Notes under the pieces: model-generated
Seen by the model: only the letters and a program-made list of their open reading frames with translations
Told to the model about the DNA's origin: nothing
The model's database searches: none
Assembly: GCA_950097015.1 (NCBI GenBank)
Contig: CATNEN010000001.1
Location: 3,038,001-3,102,000, forward strand
Source of the DNA: Macrostomum hystrix
Lineage: Eukaryota; Animalia; Platyhelminthes
Direction of reading: 5' to 3'
Length of the DNA stretch: 64,000 nucleotides
Program-made: the position numbers and the translations under genes
Shown: positions 12,001 through 25,632 of the stretch, piece by piece
Numbering within the stretch: position 1 is the first letter of the stretch
How the letters are laid out: each line of letters opens with the position of its first letter

Positions 12001-14482
12001 GTAGTATGGGAGACCAGAGATTTGCGGACTCACGGTCGACTATTGATGGATTCAAATGAGTCCCCGCAACTGCAGAGCAACGATTGGAAGATGGCTGTCA
12101 CCATTGGTCGATCGCAGCTGTCTACTACTCAGATAACAAGTTCTATTCAGGTGCAGTATTTTTACTTGAGCTAATATTCTTATTATCACATGTTTGAGCC
12201 GATATGTATTGAAAAGCATTTGTTATTAGGTGGCCACATTTCTACAAAATCTGCACGCATGGTGTCACGTGTTGGAGCCGCGCGGCGCAGCGCCAAAGCA
12301 TTCTTTCGGCGTTCAACTATCTGCTCTGGAACTTAATCTGCAATTCTTGGGCCTGCACATTCTGTTTGCTCAGCTGAGCGGCCTGGACGCATCCTTCCGC
12401 GATCAGTGGATAATTCGAGACACGGCCGACGATCACGTTGGCACCCAGCGGCCATTGTCCGTCTCAGTCAGCGGTCAACTAGTCTGGGATCAGTTGCACA
12501 TGCTAATGAATCAGTACACTTCGTCTCATCTGGTTAGCACGTTTGACAAGTTGCACAGTTTCTACGCCACTTCGTTTAAGAAACCATTCGTGGAGCTCAA
12601 CGACGAATTTAAGTTCACAATCGAAGAACTACCTGGTAAAAGAAAGAAAACTTCAACAGCTGACCATGGTGTCCATCATCGGCACTGGCAGGTAAAATAA
12701 TTTTTTTGACCTGTCTTATACTACTTATAATGTGACGTAATTTAAGTAGTCAAAGCGTTTTTTATTTCTTTTTAATGACAAAGAAAAATACTTTATTTCA
12801 GCTTCCAACTAGTGTCCTTCAGAGCGCCAAACTGCGCATGTCGCCCAAGCCTAATTCGGATCATCCTAATCTCTACGGCGAATTGAAGATGCACGGTCAG
12901 CATTCGGCGCTGGCACTATTCCAGGGCGATTTCTCTGCCAGACGATGGGGCGTGTTCATGCTGCGCGACTTGCAGCTGAGCTTCGAATCCGAGGCTAGGC
13001 ACAAATTCGACTTGGAAGATAGTCGCTTAGATCTGCGCCAACTCGATCTGTGCATCAACCAGCAGCTCAAATGCTCACTTGGCGGCGACATCAGACAGGA
13101 TCGGAGTCAGAAAGTGCTGGCCGTTATCGCTTGCGTCAGCAATCAAAACAACAAGCATCCGTCGCTAACTAATGCTGTTGCTAGGCAGTGGTTTCAATAT
13201 AGCATCGGTTGTGTCTGCTCGGAGGATATGCAGGTTGGTTCGAATTCAACCGATATGTATCGAAATTTGTTTTGTTTATCTTAGGTTAAACATCGACACA
13301 TGCTATATTATCTTATTTTTCTATATGTAGTGAATTAATTAAATGTCGAAGCCTAACATTCAACAATATTAACATTTTGAAATCAATTTCATTCAAGTTT
13401 AACTTATTCACCTTATGATATAAACTTTTCGTTTCTATGGGTTGTAGCCTAGTGGTTGGTTCGTCGGACTCACGACTTAAAGGTTGTCGCGGGTTCGAAC
13501 CCTGACTCCACTGGAACAATTTGTGTCCTTTAGCAACACACTTAAACTCTGCATTGCTTCAGTTCACACAGCTGTTTAATTTGTACCAGCATCAGCTGGG
13601 GTAATAGAGATAGGATGTCCATGGACTGAACAGCCGTACGCAGCCTTCAGATGCGCCGTGCAATAGCTACAGCTGTGCTGTCGGCTGCACATCTGGCCTA
13701 ATCAGGGCAGGCGTAACCAATTATTATAGTTATTGTTATTCTTGAAGAGACTCTTTTTTCATTTTTTATATTCAGATTCTTTTTGTTATCCGATATGTTT
13801 CGAAAATCGCAATAACCCCCATCCTCATTGGCAAAAGGCCTTCCCCATTCTGGAGTACATCAATCCGCCAGAGTCGGCTGGCCGAGCGCCAACCAGCTTT
13901 CCCGTCACCCTGGAGAGCATCTTTCGCGTGCCCCAGCTGCAGATTGTCCTCATCACTGATCACGACCAGACATACACTGTGCCAAGACTTGACGGCGATC
14001 GCCCCACTGTGCAATGCACTTTTATCGGCTCCAGCACTGGCAACATTATCTACAGCAACAATAGTCAGCATCTGTTGTTCCTGCGCGACCTAATCTTGGA
14101 CAGCATTGGCGAGACTCGAACCGCCAGATCAACCGCCGGTCAGGCCGCGGCCAGCGAGGCCGAAGAAGTTGCCGCCGCCAACACCAGCACGCAGAGTCCG
14201 CTGATGCGAGATTTTCGCACCTTCCAGACTCGCCAGTTTGACAGCACATTTCGCATTCGCACCCAGGAGACCAGCTCCTCAAATATTGTGGTGCTAGATT
14301 ACATATTGAACAATATCGGCATCAAGCACTTCAAGGAGACGATACCGAAGTGGATTCAGCGTGGCTTAATGGACAATTTAGACTCGGTGCTAGCGGGCCT
14401 AATGCACAAATCCATTCACTACATGGCTGACGGAGGTTGCCTAGACGATGAAGAACTCTCCGCATCATCTAATACCAAATGA
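1..14482 (+). CDS. BLTP1: Bridge-like lipid transfer protein 1 (KIAA1109/tweek/lpd-3) homolog, 3' portion; 5' end lies outside the window
   Basis: Approximate exons: <1-488, 1542-1925, 2566-2781, 3336-3703, 5053-5861, 9567-9644 (78-bp exon absent from the ORF track; phases 2/2 fit), 9764-10190, 10446-10862, 11181-11677, 11856-12150, 12230-12691, 12802-13233, 13838-14482. Motifs recalled from KIAA1109: FNACAVPEGSFKICS, WQMHGLDIHLDVNIGKRL, LLDYLEQSLEP, FPKSWYRRALVRRLFLG, and C-terminal TIPKWIQRGLMDNLDSVL. No database search was run. Confidence 0.85.
514..1190. repeat. Intronic tandem repeat, 56-bp unit, ~12 copies
   Basis: Unit GAGATTTTGAAGTTGGTCATAGAGGGATGAGATTTCGAGATTAAATCTAAGGAGGT; period 661->717. 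Confidence 0.95.
2081..2385 (+). mobile_element. tRNA-derived SINE family B with a CORE-like central domain
   Basis: A/B-box head (TGGTTAGAGCG...GGTTCGATTCC), central TGTGTCCTTTAGCAAGACACTTAA...CAGTTCACCCAGCT..TGGGTACC resembling the MIR/CORE consensus, (ATT)n tail; near-identical copies elsewhere in the window. Confidence 0.85.
2845..3235. repeat. Intronic tandem repeat, 32-bp unit, ~12 copies
   Basis: Unit CTGACTCTCACATTGAGAAACTTTCTCCCAAT. Confidence 0.95.
3985..4600. repeat. Intronic tandem repeat, 28-bp unit, ~21 copies
   Basis: Unit TTCTTAGAATTATGTGCTCCTTTCTGGT. Confidence 0.92.
5872..6391. mobile_element. Non-autonomous DNA-transposon-like repeat (copy 1) carrying a SINE-A fragment at 6268-6376
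   Basis: About 350 bp shared with 20333-20922. Imperfect terminal inverted repeats CAGTAGGACTGCCAAG / TTGGTAGTTCTATTG. No clear TSD. Confidence 0.65.
7069..8885. repeat. Intronic minisatellite, 34-bp unit, ~53 copies
   Basis: Unit ATAATACTCCAAGATC(G/C)TGGGTTTTA(G/A)ACTGCTC. No unique spacers, so not a CRISPR array. Confidence 0.97.
13438..13730 (+). mobile_element. SINE family B copy
   Basis: Colinear with 2081-2385, with a small internal deletion. Confidence 0.85.
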
Positions 14483-15609
14483 GGTATTAAAAATGGCTTT
14501 TTGCGTGTTATTTCCTTTAAGAAAACTTATCTAATGATTGTCCCGGTTTTTTAATTCAAACGTGCCTACTCATTAGTAGGATTGTTTGCGACGCTTTTTT
14601 GCGACAAAAAATAATGACGTCATTCTTTAAAAATTACTGCACTACTTTTTTGTAGGAAAATTAGCTTGTTAATTATATTTCTTGTATACATAATTTTTAA
14701 GTACATCGATTAATTACAATGAGACAGACAAATTAATAGCAAATTGAATTGACGTCATTATATCCGAATGTTTATTAAAAATGTTTTTACATACCTGGAA
14801 TTCAAGCAAACTAACGTTTGGCCATGCCTATGTAAAAACTCACCCCAAAGTAGCTAATATAAGCAGAATTCAATTGGTTCTGCTTTCGGCGTCATTAGTT
14901 TCGAAATAACCCACAAAGTAATCGAATTGTCTGTTTTTGTAAGTTCGTTTTCGATTTGTTAGTTATGGTGTAAAAAAAATAAATTCAAAAAATTCCCACG
15001 CTGGTTCCCTGACAAAATCTGTTTTAATTTGTTGCTTTTCAAAATATTATTAATTATGCGCGTCATTTTACTACTTATCTCCCAGTAAGAATCAGTAGTA
15101 TCGATATGTTTATTTCTTGCTCTATTCTTGTGTCATTACTAAAAGTTGTAACTGAGTTTCGTGACAGATATGAATAGACACTTTCCTATGGTATTACTCG
15201 CAGATTTTTTTGCGGCGAGTAGTATCATAAGAATATTGATAATTTTCAATAACTTATTTGTCTGTTTCCATTTTGCATAGCCTAAAACTAGTAGAATTTA
15301 AATTTAATTTTTGCCTCCGCTATTCCTCTGTACAGGCCAGTAAATTAATGACATTAGTTGGTAATTTTCATTCGACTCTATTTTGTTAGTCTGTGTTCCC
15401 AATCCAAGTATATTTTCTTTTTGTTTGTTTTAATTCAAATCGAATCAAAATACATTGGATTAATTTCAACTTTTAAGCAGCAGTTTTTCTGCAAGGCTTT
15501 ATAATTGCAGCACTAGGCTGGCTTTTAAACTATATTATAGATCTCTGAATTTCTTGATAATATTCATTTTAGCTGTGTGGTTCATAAACTCCTTATTTTT
15601 AATTAGTTT

Positions 15610-16750
15610 GTCAGTTTGACAGCGATAATCCTTTGACAGATTCTCAGTTTGACAGCGATAATCCTTTGACAGACTCTCAGTTTGACAACGATAATCCTTT
15701 GACAGATTCTCAGTTTGACAACGATAATCCTTTGACAGACTCTCAGTTTGACAACGATAATCCTTTGACAGATTCTCAGTTTGACAACGAGAATCCTTTG
15801 ACAGACTCTTAGTTTGACAACGATAATCCTTTGACAGATTCTCAGTTTGACAATGATAATCCTTTGACAGACTCTCAGTTTGACAATGATAATCCTTTGA
15901 CAGACTCTCAGTTTGACAACGATAATCCTTTGACAGATTCTCAGTTTGACAATGATAATCCTTTGACAGATTCTCAGTTTGACAATGATAATCCTTTGAC
16001 AGATTCTCAGTTTGACAATGATAATCCTTTGACAGATTCTCAGTTTGACAATGATAATCCTTTGACAGACTCTCAGTTTGACAACGATAATCCTTTGACA
16101 GATTCTCAGTTTGGCAATGATAATCCTTTGACAGATTCTCAGTTTGACAGCGATAATCCTTTGACAGACTCTCAGTTTGACAATGATAATCCTTTGACAG
16201 ATTCTCAGTTTGACAACGATAATCCTTTGACAGACTCTCAGTTTGACAACGATAATCCTTTGACAGATTCTCAGTTTTACAATGATAATCCTTTGACAGA
16301 TTCTCAGTTTGACAGCGATAATCCTTTGACAGACTCTCAGTTTGACAATGATAATCCTTTGACAGACTCTCAGTTTGACAACGATAATCCTTTGACAGAT
16401 TCTCAGTCTGACAGCGATAATCCTTTGACAGATTCTCAGTTTGACAACGATAATCCTTTGACAGATTCTCAGTTTGATGACAATAATCCTTTGACAGATT
16501 CTCAGTTTGATGACGATAATCCTTTGACAGATTCTCAGTTTGATGACGATAATCCTTTGACAGATTCTCAGTTTGATGACGATAATCCTTTGACAGACTC
16601 TCAGTTTGCCAACGATAATCCTTTGACATATTCTCAGTTTGACAACGATAATCCCTTGACAGATTCTCAGTTTGACAATGATAATCCTTTGACAGATTCT
16701 CAGTTTGACAGCGATAATCCTTTGACAGATTCTCAGTTTGACAGCGATAA
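15610..16750. repeat. Intergenic minisatellite, 30-bp unit, ~38 copies
   Basis: Unit TCAGTTTGACAACGATAATCCTTTGACAGA(T/C)TC-type; produces spurious repetitive ORFs on both strands. Confidence 0.97.
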
Positions 16751-17959
16751 ACACGTTAACGGCTCAGCCACTCAACCCTTTTAGCCGTTACTTTGACTAT
16801 GCGACTCTTATGTAACATTCAAAATGGATTTCCGTATTAGACACAAAGGATTCTTTATGCACATCGACTTTTACTCTGACCGACTGAACAAAGCATTATT
16901 TATCTAGTAGTTATAACCGTACGAGCATTTTAAACTGCACAGCTTTGCAAATACAGAGTCTTTGGGCAAATACAAAATTGCACATCTCTTAATGTAGGGC
17001 CCGAGTATAGCGCAAGAACTCTTATTTCAACTTTCCAAGCCTTTACTGCCTTTAAACGCTTGCTATAAAATTGTACGAGTAAAGTTATTGAGCACTTTTA
17101 TAGTCATCTGAGACATATACGACAGTTAAACTAAAGCGTAGACGAAAAAAAGAGCGAATAGAAAAATAAGTTCGAGCATAATCTGCGAGCTGTCAACCAT
17201 GGCCTAAGGCACAATTGTTGGAAACAATGCCTTATTGTAAGAGCTGTATGACTGCAAATATGCTCCATTGTTGAGTCTAAAAGAGTAGGAGACTTCGGGT
17301 TGGGCACAAAAGAAGCAGCAATCAAACGGTTGAGCTCTGTGCTCAGTTTTTTTTCAGTTTTGTGCCGAAGAACAAAGAAAAACTGCACACCGTATTGACT
17401 CGAAAATGGGGTATAGCTTAGCTATGTATACACATATGTTTAGTAGAAAGTTGAGGCCCTCCATGCGATATAATACTGCCTGACACAAACGCACTTAAAG
17501 AGAAGTTTTCAATTTCGTGTTTCCTAGCCTACAGACTGGCTTTATAAAATTAGCATAAAGAATTCAAACTCATATTTCATTATATTGTAAGTTTATTTTG
17601 ACTCTGCTTCAGCTGCCCACTCTAAATTGATTGGTCGACGAAAATCTGCGACAATTAGCCTACATAAGCTAAAGAAAACAAGAAGCCAAGCAAGGCAGCA
17701 ATTGAAGAAGGCTGTATAGGGTGAGAACTTGGCTTCATTTTTTTAGTCAAACGTCATTCAGGCCATGGGAGAATGACTCAGACCAGGCCAAAAGTGTGGG
17801 AGACTGGCAAAAACCTTGATTGTTGGTACTCGGCAACAGCAGATTGTAAGTATTATCTTCCAGAGTGTGAAAGTCAAAACGGCCCTTTTAAGGTCAAAAT
17901 CAATCGAATCCCTTATACCATAACCGTAGCTTCCAGTTTTTTTAACCACCACAGCCCCA

Positions 17960-20900
17960 ATGACAGCCGCAGAAACAGACGAGGCATCGGATCAAGATGC
18001 AGAACAACAATCCGGAAACGCGCCAACATTCCCGCCTATGGAGGCCTCTTCGACAGCCGCGCACGAAGATGAAGAGCGCATTCGCCGTCGCTGCGTCGAT
18101 TTGTCCAGCGCCAGCGCGCACATGCGCCGAGGCAATCCGGCCCTAGCCGAGCCGTTGTATCGTCGCGTTCTAGCCGATGTCAAAAAAGACGACAGTAGCA
18201 GCTCGATTGAGGACAAGGGACTAGACAGTTTTGACGATCGGTTAGCATTCAGCGTCGAAGCTAGGCTTGGCCTAGTTGAGATCGACCTAACCAGACTGCG
18301 TGACGAATCGGCTCTCAGTCCTTCAGCAGCTCTGGGTAAGACCGAGCGGAACAGCGAGGCAGGCTTTCAGAATCTGCTAGTTCGTTGTCGTCTGCTTTTG
18401 AGAGCGCTATCTCACGCGCATGCCGCTCAGGACGCACTGACGAGAGGTGGCATAACGCGACGTCGCCTCCAACTGCGTCTCCTGCTTGGCAGCGTTGACA
18501 TCAAGCGGCGCCTGATTGAGGCTCGACTTCAAGGCCTGCTGCGACAGGCCGTTACCGGAGGCGGCGGTACCGGCCGATCTAGTCGACCACGAAGACGTCG
18601 TTTAAGTCAGAGCGGGGCGGACGCGAGCTCGAGCGGTTCAGGAGCCGGGCCAAGTCGTGGCCAGACAGGTAACAGCTTCTGCAACCAGGAGAAGAGACCG
18701 GCTTTCAGCGGAGCGGCTGTCAGACGTTCACCGTCGTTGCAGCAGCGGCAGCAGCAGCAGCAGCAGCTGCAGCAGAATCGTAGGCGGCAGAAGAACAATG
18801 CCTCAACACTGGGCGAGTTTGTTCGTCAATTGCGAGAATTTCTAGTATCCAGCGCGGACGCTGAGAAAGCTGCTGCGGCTGCCGCTGTGGCTGCCGCAGA
18901 AGATGCTAGTTCGTCAACAAGACAAAATGAGCAAATTGTTAAAGGCTCGAAACTCGACCCAGCTTCTGATCCCGAACAGATTTCAGTGCAGCAGCTGGAC
19001 AGCAGGATTGGAAAATTCGTAGAGGACAGTCTCCAACGCCTAAAGGACATCTGGTCGCCGCCGCGTGACCTTGTCGTTAGCAGCCTTCGACGAGATCAAT
19101 CAGGTCAGCACTACCTGCAATTCAGCCAGCACTACCTGACCTTTGCTCAGTCGCTTATCGACGGTTCAGTTCTTCGCGACGACATGGAGTCCGCCGCGAG
19201 CAGTCTTCTTGGCGATATTCGACGTCAGCAACTTGATGCGGCCATGACGGAGCTGCATCAGACACTGGATGGACCAGCCTCAACTCTTCCGGTTACAGGG
19301 CGGGAGCGAGCGGCAGCCCGGTTGGCTCACCCTGCTGTAGCGAATCATTCTCAACCGCGTCAGCAAATTCCTTCAGTATCGCCGCTGGAAGCAGCTGTAT
19401 TCTATGACGACAAAGAAGTTGCTGAAATGCTCAAGACTCTACTACGCTGTCTGCTTGACATCGCACAGGCCGACTTTGACTCTGATCAGCTCACGGAAGC
19501 CGTCGAATTGTTCGAAGTGTGCCTTGATCTCTGCAGATCGTTGAGTCGCGAGGTTGGCGACAATGAGGTTGAACGCTTCGAAGCGCCCAAGATTCACCGC
19601 TTCCTGGGAGCCATTCACTGCCGACTGGGGGATAAGAGACGCGGCGTCAGCATGATGATGTTCGCAGCCGACTTGTTCGAGCAGCGACTTCGAGAAGCGA
19701 TGCCAGTGGACGATGAGGATTTCCACGCCAGCAGAGGAGAAAACGATGAAGACGACGATGAATTTGACGAGAACCCTGCGGAGGCTGGCCTGCTAGGACT
19801 GGCCGAGACTTGGTACGACATCGGCTGCGTGCTAATTGGAGCCTCAGGAGACGGTCGGTGCGGTGACTTGCTTTTAAATTCCCTGAGCGAACGCCTTCGA
19901 CGATGGTGCATCTTCGATCTTCTTCTTCAGTTTCCTTCTAAAAGACAGCAGCAGCAGCAGCAGCATCAGTCTTCAACTACAGCAGCTGACGCCATTGACG
20001 CGTTGAAAGCATTTGCCAGATGTCGCGACCTCCTGTCAGCTGTGGCAAAACAGAGACGTCTGAGGCGTCGGTCAGCTCGCTTCCTCAGTGACATCGAGGT
20101 GCGCGTGACGGCTCGCCTGGCTGACTGCTGCTTCCTGGCGAGTCGACTAAAGCGAGCTCAGGCTCACTACGAAGAAGCCCTGGCGCTCCTGGGAGGCATC
20201 GGGGATGTACCGCGGACTGAACAAGGCAGTGGTACGGTGGGCTGGTGGTTCTGTGATTAAGATACAATATAATAGCTTATTTGAGCTGATTTCGCTTGCT
20301 ACTACCAAATTGCACTACTCACAAGCTAGTAGCAGTAGGGCTATAAAGCCATTTTGCCGCCCGTTTTTATACCCTTAAATTATTGGGCAGCGCCTGAGCG
20401 CTGACAGCCATGGGTGGTGACTAATTGGTTGACCGAGTAGGCGATGGTGTCCTGTGGTTGAGCTGCGCCTTTTGTTTCAAGGCTTGATCATAGAAATTGG
20501 AGAAATTCACGTCAGGGTGTTCATTGTGACCTAGTTCCACTTGTTGTAGCCCTTGAAGGTCCAGCAGTCCGTCTAGATAAAGGTAGGTGACCACCGAAGA
20601 CGGAGATGATGCAGGCACATTCGGGTGACATGCTGATACAACTTTGAAGGCATGGCAAGGCCGCACTGAGGCGCAGTGCTAATTTGTGTGCAGGGGTGTA
20701 TGAAATACACAAGCGCTTATTGAAAAAAATCCGACCTTCGGCCAGAACCATTGAATATCTCGACGGTCTAAAGAGCTGGTGACTTGATTCTTGTTTCAGA
20801 AGATGCGCAACAAAAAGTTGGCCCAATGTTCTTGAGTTTCGTGTGCTTTCGTAATTGTTCCGTTCGGGTGCAGCACAAAAAATTTTCAAGGGGGGGTTTC

Positions 20901-23651
20901 CCACCCCTTGGTAGTTCTACTGTTAACAAAATTCAATTCGTTTCAGACCCGAAAAGCCTCGCCAGCGGCGGCGGTCGCATGATCGACCACGGTCACGTGC
21001 TTCGCATGCTGGGCTGCTCGCGCCTATTGCTGGCCAACAATGGCAGCCAGGCTGCGGCTGTTCTAGAAACGTCGCTAATCATGTTTCAACACCTGGCCAA
21101 GGTGAATAACCGTCAGCTGCTTTCGATGACGGATGATGACGACGAAGCTGCAGGTGGCTGGGAAAGCGAGCAGCTGTGGGTGCTGACCCCGCTGCTAACC
21201 TGTCACCTGGCCAGCGGGCATCATCCGAGAGCCCTGCACTGCGCCAGACTTATTCTAGCCAATAGCAAACTGTCTTCATCGTCTACTCAACGCTGGTTGA
21301 CTTTCTACGCCAACTTTTCCGCCGGAAGAGCAGCCAAAAGATTGCGCGACTTCTCAGCGTCGGTTCGCTATCTGGAGCTCGCGGTAGCCGATGCCAGGCG
21401 AGGCAACGACGAATGGTTTGGAGGCGTCTATGGAGTTGGCCGCCTTCTGGCTTGTGTGGCTGAGGCTGAGGCTGGTGAAGCGGCCGCGGCTGATAGTGGT
21501 AGCAGCGACGAGGAGGTAAAAAAATTATTTAGGAGACAATCGAATTCGACGTAGGCTTCTACATTGACCACAAATTTAAAATCGCGTCTGCATTGTTGAT
21601 TTTGAGGTCTTAGTTCTGATAAATGGGTCCTTGAAAAGTTGTCCTTAAAGACTGTTCCTTTAAAAATAGTTCTTTAAAAAGTAATCCTCAATAAAGGAGT
21701 CCTTGGAGAGTGGTCCGTGAAAATTGTATCTTCAAAAGTAGTCGTTGAAGAGTTATGGCTCTAGAGTGAACTTTGAAAAGTGGTCCTTTAAAAATGTCTT
21801 TGGAAAAAATCCTAGCTTTTTCGCCGCAATCAGTTTTGGCCCATTGGAATCGTTGTAGGTTGCCAGTCACTATGCCAGGCTTCTACAGTACCTAGAATCA
21901 GCGACAACTAGCCGCTTGCAAAGTCAACAACCTCAAGGCCGTCAATCTGGCCAGCAGCCGCTCATTCGCTCACCGGCCCTAACAGCGGCCTGTCTGAGAG
22001 GCGCTGAGATTCTACAATCCGCAGGCAGACCTGAGGACTGCGCCCGCCTTCTGGAAGCGGCCGCGCGTTGCTCGGCGGCTGAGGATGCGGAGAGCGCTGA
22101 GAGCCTCACGATACGCCTGGCCAGCCTCGGCCTGGAGCTGGGCACTGCCGCAATGCGAGCCGGCCAGTGGGATCGAGCCCTGGCTCATCTCAAATGCGCT
22201 CTCTCGGCGTGCGCCAAAAATCCGGAAGGCGACGTCGGTCAAGAGGCGGCGCCGATTCTAGCCCGGCTGGGATCGCTGCATCACGTCATGTACTGTCTGG
22301 CCAGGCGGGACATTTTATTTGAGCACGCTGAGGTACAGGACAGCCGTGACCGATGCGTTTTTAACTATCTGCAGTCCCTGCAGCTGGCGTGGTCGCCGGA
22401 TGTGGCTCTGAGGTTGTCCGGCTTCCTGCTGACCACCGGGCAGGCTGCTGAAGCCGAGCTCTTGGCCCTGGAGGTTCAAAACTTTGAAGATGATCAACCA
22501 AACGCTCGAATGTAAGATTAAAAATGTGTTAATAAATCGTTTTTCTTGACTACTCTCATTCGATCATGGAAGCCGGATCATTTCGCAATAGCAAACCGAC
22601 CGTTTCTTAAAATAACTATCGCGAAAGAACGACGTTTTCTTCAAAAAGACCAGCTCGCGCATTTTCAAAAAATCATAAATATTTTCTTAGAAAAGAGTCG
22701 ACCGTTTTCCTTGTTTAGAAAAGAGCTTTCCATAAAGTTATATAAAAATATCCATTGCTTCACGCTAGTCAATACTAAAAAATCGATGCGCGTTTCTAAA
22801 AATTTTTTTCTTAGAAATCAATGGCACCATGTTGTTTCTGTTTCTTAGAATGAAGAATTTCTTCGAAGAAAAACACCGTCTGTTTATTAATAATTCTCTG
22901 CTTCATTCAAATCTACAGTTTGTTTTTAAATGTTGCGTTATTATAGAAACATTCTCGGCTTCATAGAAATTAAGGGTTTTGAGGAAAAGCACTGCGCGGT
23001 TCTAAAAACTTTCTCTCGGTTTGAAATCGACAGTTTCTTAAAAAAAGAAACGTGCGTGTCTAACATTTTGCATAAAAAATTCGCTTGTTTAATGAGAAGA
23101 AAAAGTATTTTATTTTTTAAGAATAAAAACTCTAAAATGGATTTAATTTCAGTGACTTCGAATACTTCGAAGCGCCTACCCTTCCCTGGAGCCTCGAGGC
23201 TGTCTGGCCAGCGCCATCGAGTCTATCATCGCAGACAGCAGCTTCAATTCGACCTCGTCGCAGCGTTCTGACTGCTGCTATTCTAGCCAGCTGCTGCGGC
23301 TCTGCGAGTCAGCTCGGCTTGGCAGAGCGTCTAAGAAGGCTACTGACTCTGGCTGCGAGAGAGGACAGCGACGCTGCTGATGACCGATTGTTGGCAGCGC
23401 TGATCATGCTGCACCACGGCCTCGCTTGGGAGGCCACATTTCTGTTTGGCCTTGAACCTGCCGAAGCATCAACGATTTTAACCGTTGATAAAGTTAAAAT
23501 CATTCGCGTATGGTCCGCCAACCTGGCCATAATTGACCTAGCCGTTGCCATGGTGACAGCTTTCTGCTGTCTGCTTCATCTTACAAATGCACTGGCTGTT
23601 ATGCACATAGCAGCTACTGACAATGATAAAGATGAGACCACGCAGTTTTGA
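17960..23651 (+). CDS. Large alpha-helical (TPR-like) protein of unknown function, ~1330 aa, with a hydrophobic C-terminal segment
   Basis: Exons 17960-20231, 20947-21515, 21859-22511, 23153-23651; GT-AG phases 1/0/2 checked and in frame. TPR-like segments: AEPLYRRVL, EAVELFEVCLDL, RAQAHYEEALAL, AGQWDRALAHLKCALS. Confidence 0.7.
20333..20922. mobile_element. Non-autonomous DNA-transposon-like repeat (copy 2)
   Basis: Shares sequence with 5872-6391; ends CAGTAGGGCTA.../...TGGTAGTTCTACTG. Confidence 0.65.
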
Positions 23652-25346
23652 CACCTGTGCAAAGTGCGACAATGTTTGCATACATACCCATTAATTAACG
23701 TGGGCTTTGAAAGCCTCCGAAACCGTCACAGACTGTTTTCTGATATTCAGGAAAATTTTTAATCTAAAGTTTACGAAATATAGACAAATTTATCATTCGT
23801 CATGCCAATTTCTTGTAATTGTTAAAAAAAATCACATTGTCCCCACTTTTAATTGTTGTGACGCACGACCTCAAAAGGTTTGTTCTTTTTATGGGCTTGA
23901 ATTGATTGTTGGTTTAAATAGTGCGGGCAGTATAACGCCTCCGGCGCTCAATCTTGCTCTGACGGTCGTAGTACCTGACCTGATCAAATTACACCAATTA
24001 CTTTGACATGGCTGACCAAACGTCTTTGCTGGTCGTCGCTTATAAAAGCGAGGCGTCGTTGAACGAGATTGCAGATCAGAAATGATCTTCGTTGAGGAGC
24101 TACGGAATTACGGAAGTTACGGAATGGTAATCGTATGGAGTTAGAAAAATGTCACGCACGGGCGGCCGTATTTCTTTATATGAGTAGAAAACCAGCTCAT
24201 ATGTGCGCTGCACCGATGGTCCAATATGACACTGCTATAGGACGAAGTGCATGATGATAGCATTTTACCGTCCGCGATATCTCGAGTAATCCACTATTGT
24301 CGTTGCAATTAATGTGCCTGAAGATGCATTATTACCGGTTCGATCTGGAAGTTTATATATACAGTTTGACTGCGATCCGACCTGATCATTTCTGTGGTAA
24401 CGTAATTTTACAATATTAATCACTATTGATGTAGAAACAAAGTAATAATATTTGTACATACAAGAGCATAAAATAATTATATACTTACCAGTGACACCAC
24501 ATGGTGTTTTCAATAGAGTGAGTGGTTTTGAATGAGTGAGAAGCTTTGAATAAAAAGTTCTAATCGAGCGACTAGATAATATTAATGTGCTATTAATTAT
24601 GAAACTAACGTGCTATTTTCTAGTGGCCTAATGGCCCAAAGCATACAGAAGTAACTTGTATATTTAAAAAGCTTATTAAAAGCGACTATACTGTTTTAAT
24701 TATTGTAAACTCTAGATACGAAGACTTATTTGTTATAAAAAGTATATTTAAACCTAACTTTCATAGAACTTCCTAAGAAAGAGTTCTTTTGTCTTGTTTT
24801 AACTTTGAACAAAGAAAGTTGAAGAGGGATAATTAAAAATTAAAGAAAGAAAGAATTTAAGAAAATTAAAGAGCATTTTTTCTATATGCTTTGTATCTTG
24901 ATATTTAAAATAAATAGTTACAATGTGAATACTAAAAGTAGACCTAAACAGATCGTTTTAGAAACGTATTATAACTAATTAGCGACAAAAAATAAACGTA
25001 GATTTTAATAATAATTTTTAAAACATCGTCGTATATAAGCAGGTATTCCATTTAGAAAAATAAATATCAAATATGCTACTGTAGTTTTAAACTATATGGC
25101 TACCCCTAGTCTTTGGTTAAAGCTATGGCCTATTTATTATAATTTTTACATATATTAATAAAACTGTGATAAAATTTTAAGCATTGGCATGTATGTTTGC
25201 TGGCTAAACATGTTTATTCTCCCAGGCAAAATGTTATATAATTATTTCTTATAATTTCATTTCAATATTGCTCCTTAAATCGCTCTGATATTCAATTTTA
25301 AATGCTGCTATCTCTGTGCTGTCATGAAAGTTGTTACTGGCTCATA

Positions 25347-25632
25347 CATGCGCAACACCCGGCCGACCTGGCCAAACCAGCCGGGTAAAACGAGGGCGCA
25401 AAAACCAATCAACCAAGCGCAAAAAAATCAAAGGGGGGACCAAGTCACCAAGGGACAAAAAAGGAAGGTGTGAAGAAGAGGAAAAAGGGAGAGAAAAATA
25501 GAGCAAATGAGAGCAAACTAAGTTGTAAATAGAGCAATGAAACAAACTAAGTCGCAACTGAGAGCAAACTAAGTTGTAAATAGAGCAAAAACTAAGTCGC
25601 ACAGCTGGCTAAGTTTTGGGAGGTTGCACATG
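25347..25632. mobile_element. Possible MITE with TA target duplication
   Basis: TA|CATGCGCAACACCC ... GGGAGGTTGCACATG|TA imperfect TIRs; GC-richer island in AT-rich DNA; internal ~40-bp duplication. Confidence 0.45.

Noticed and set aside
15535-16784. Long repetitive ORFs on both strands
   Set aside because: Translations of a 30-bp satellite; open in several frames, with no unique coding flanks.
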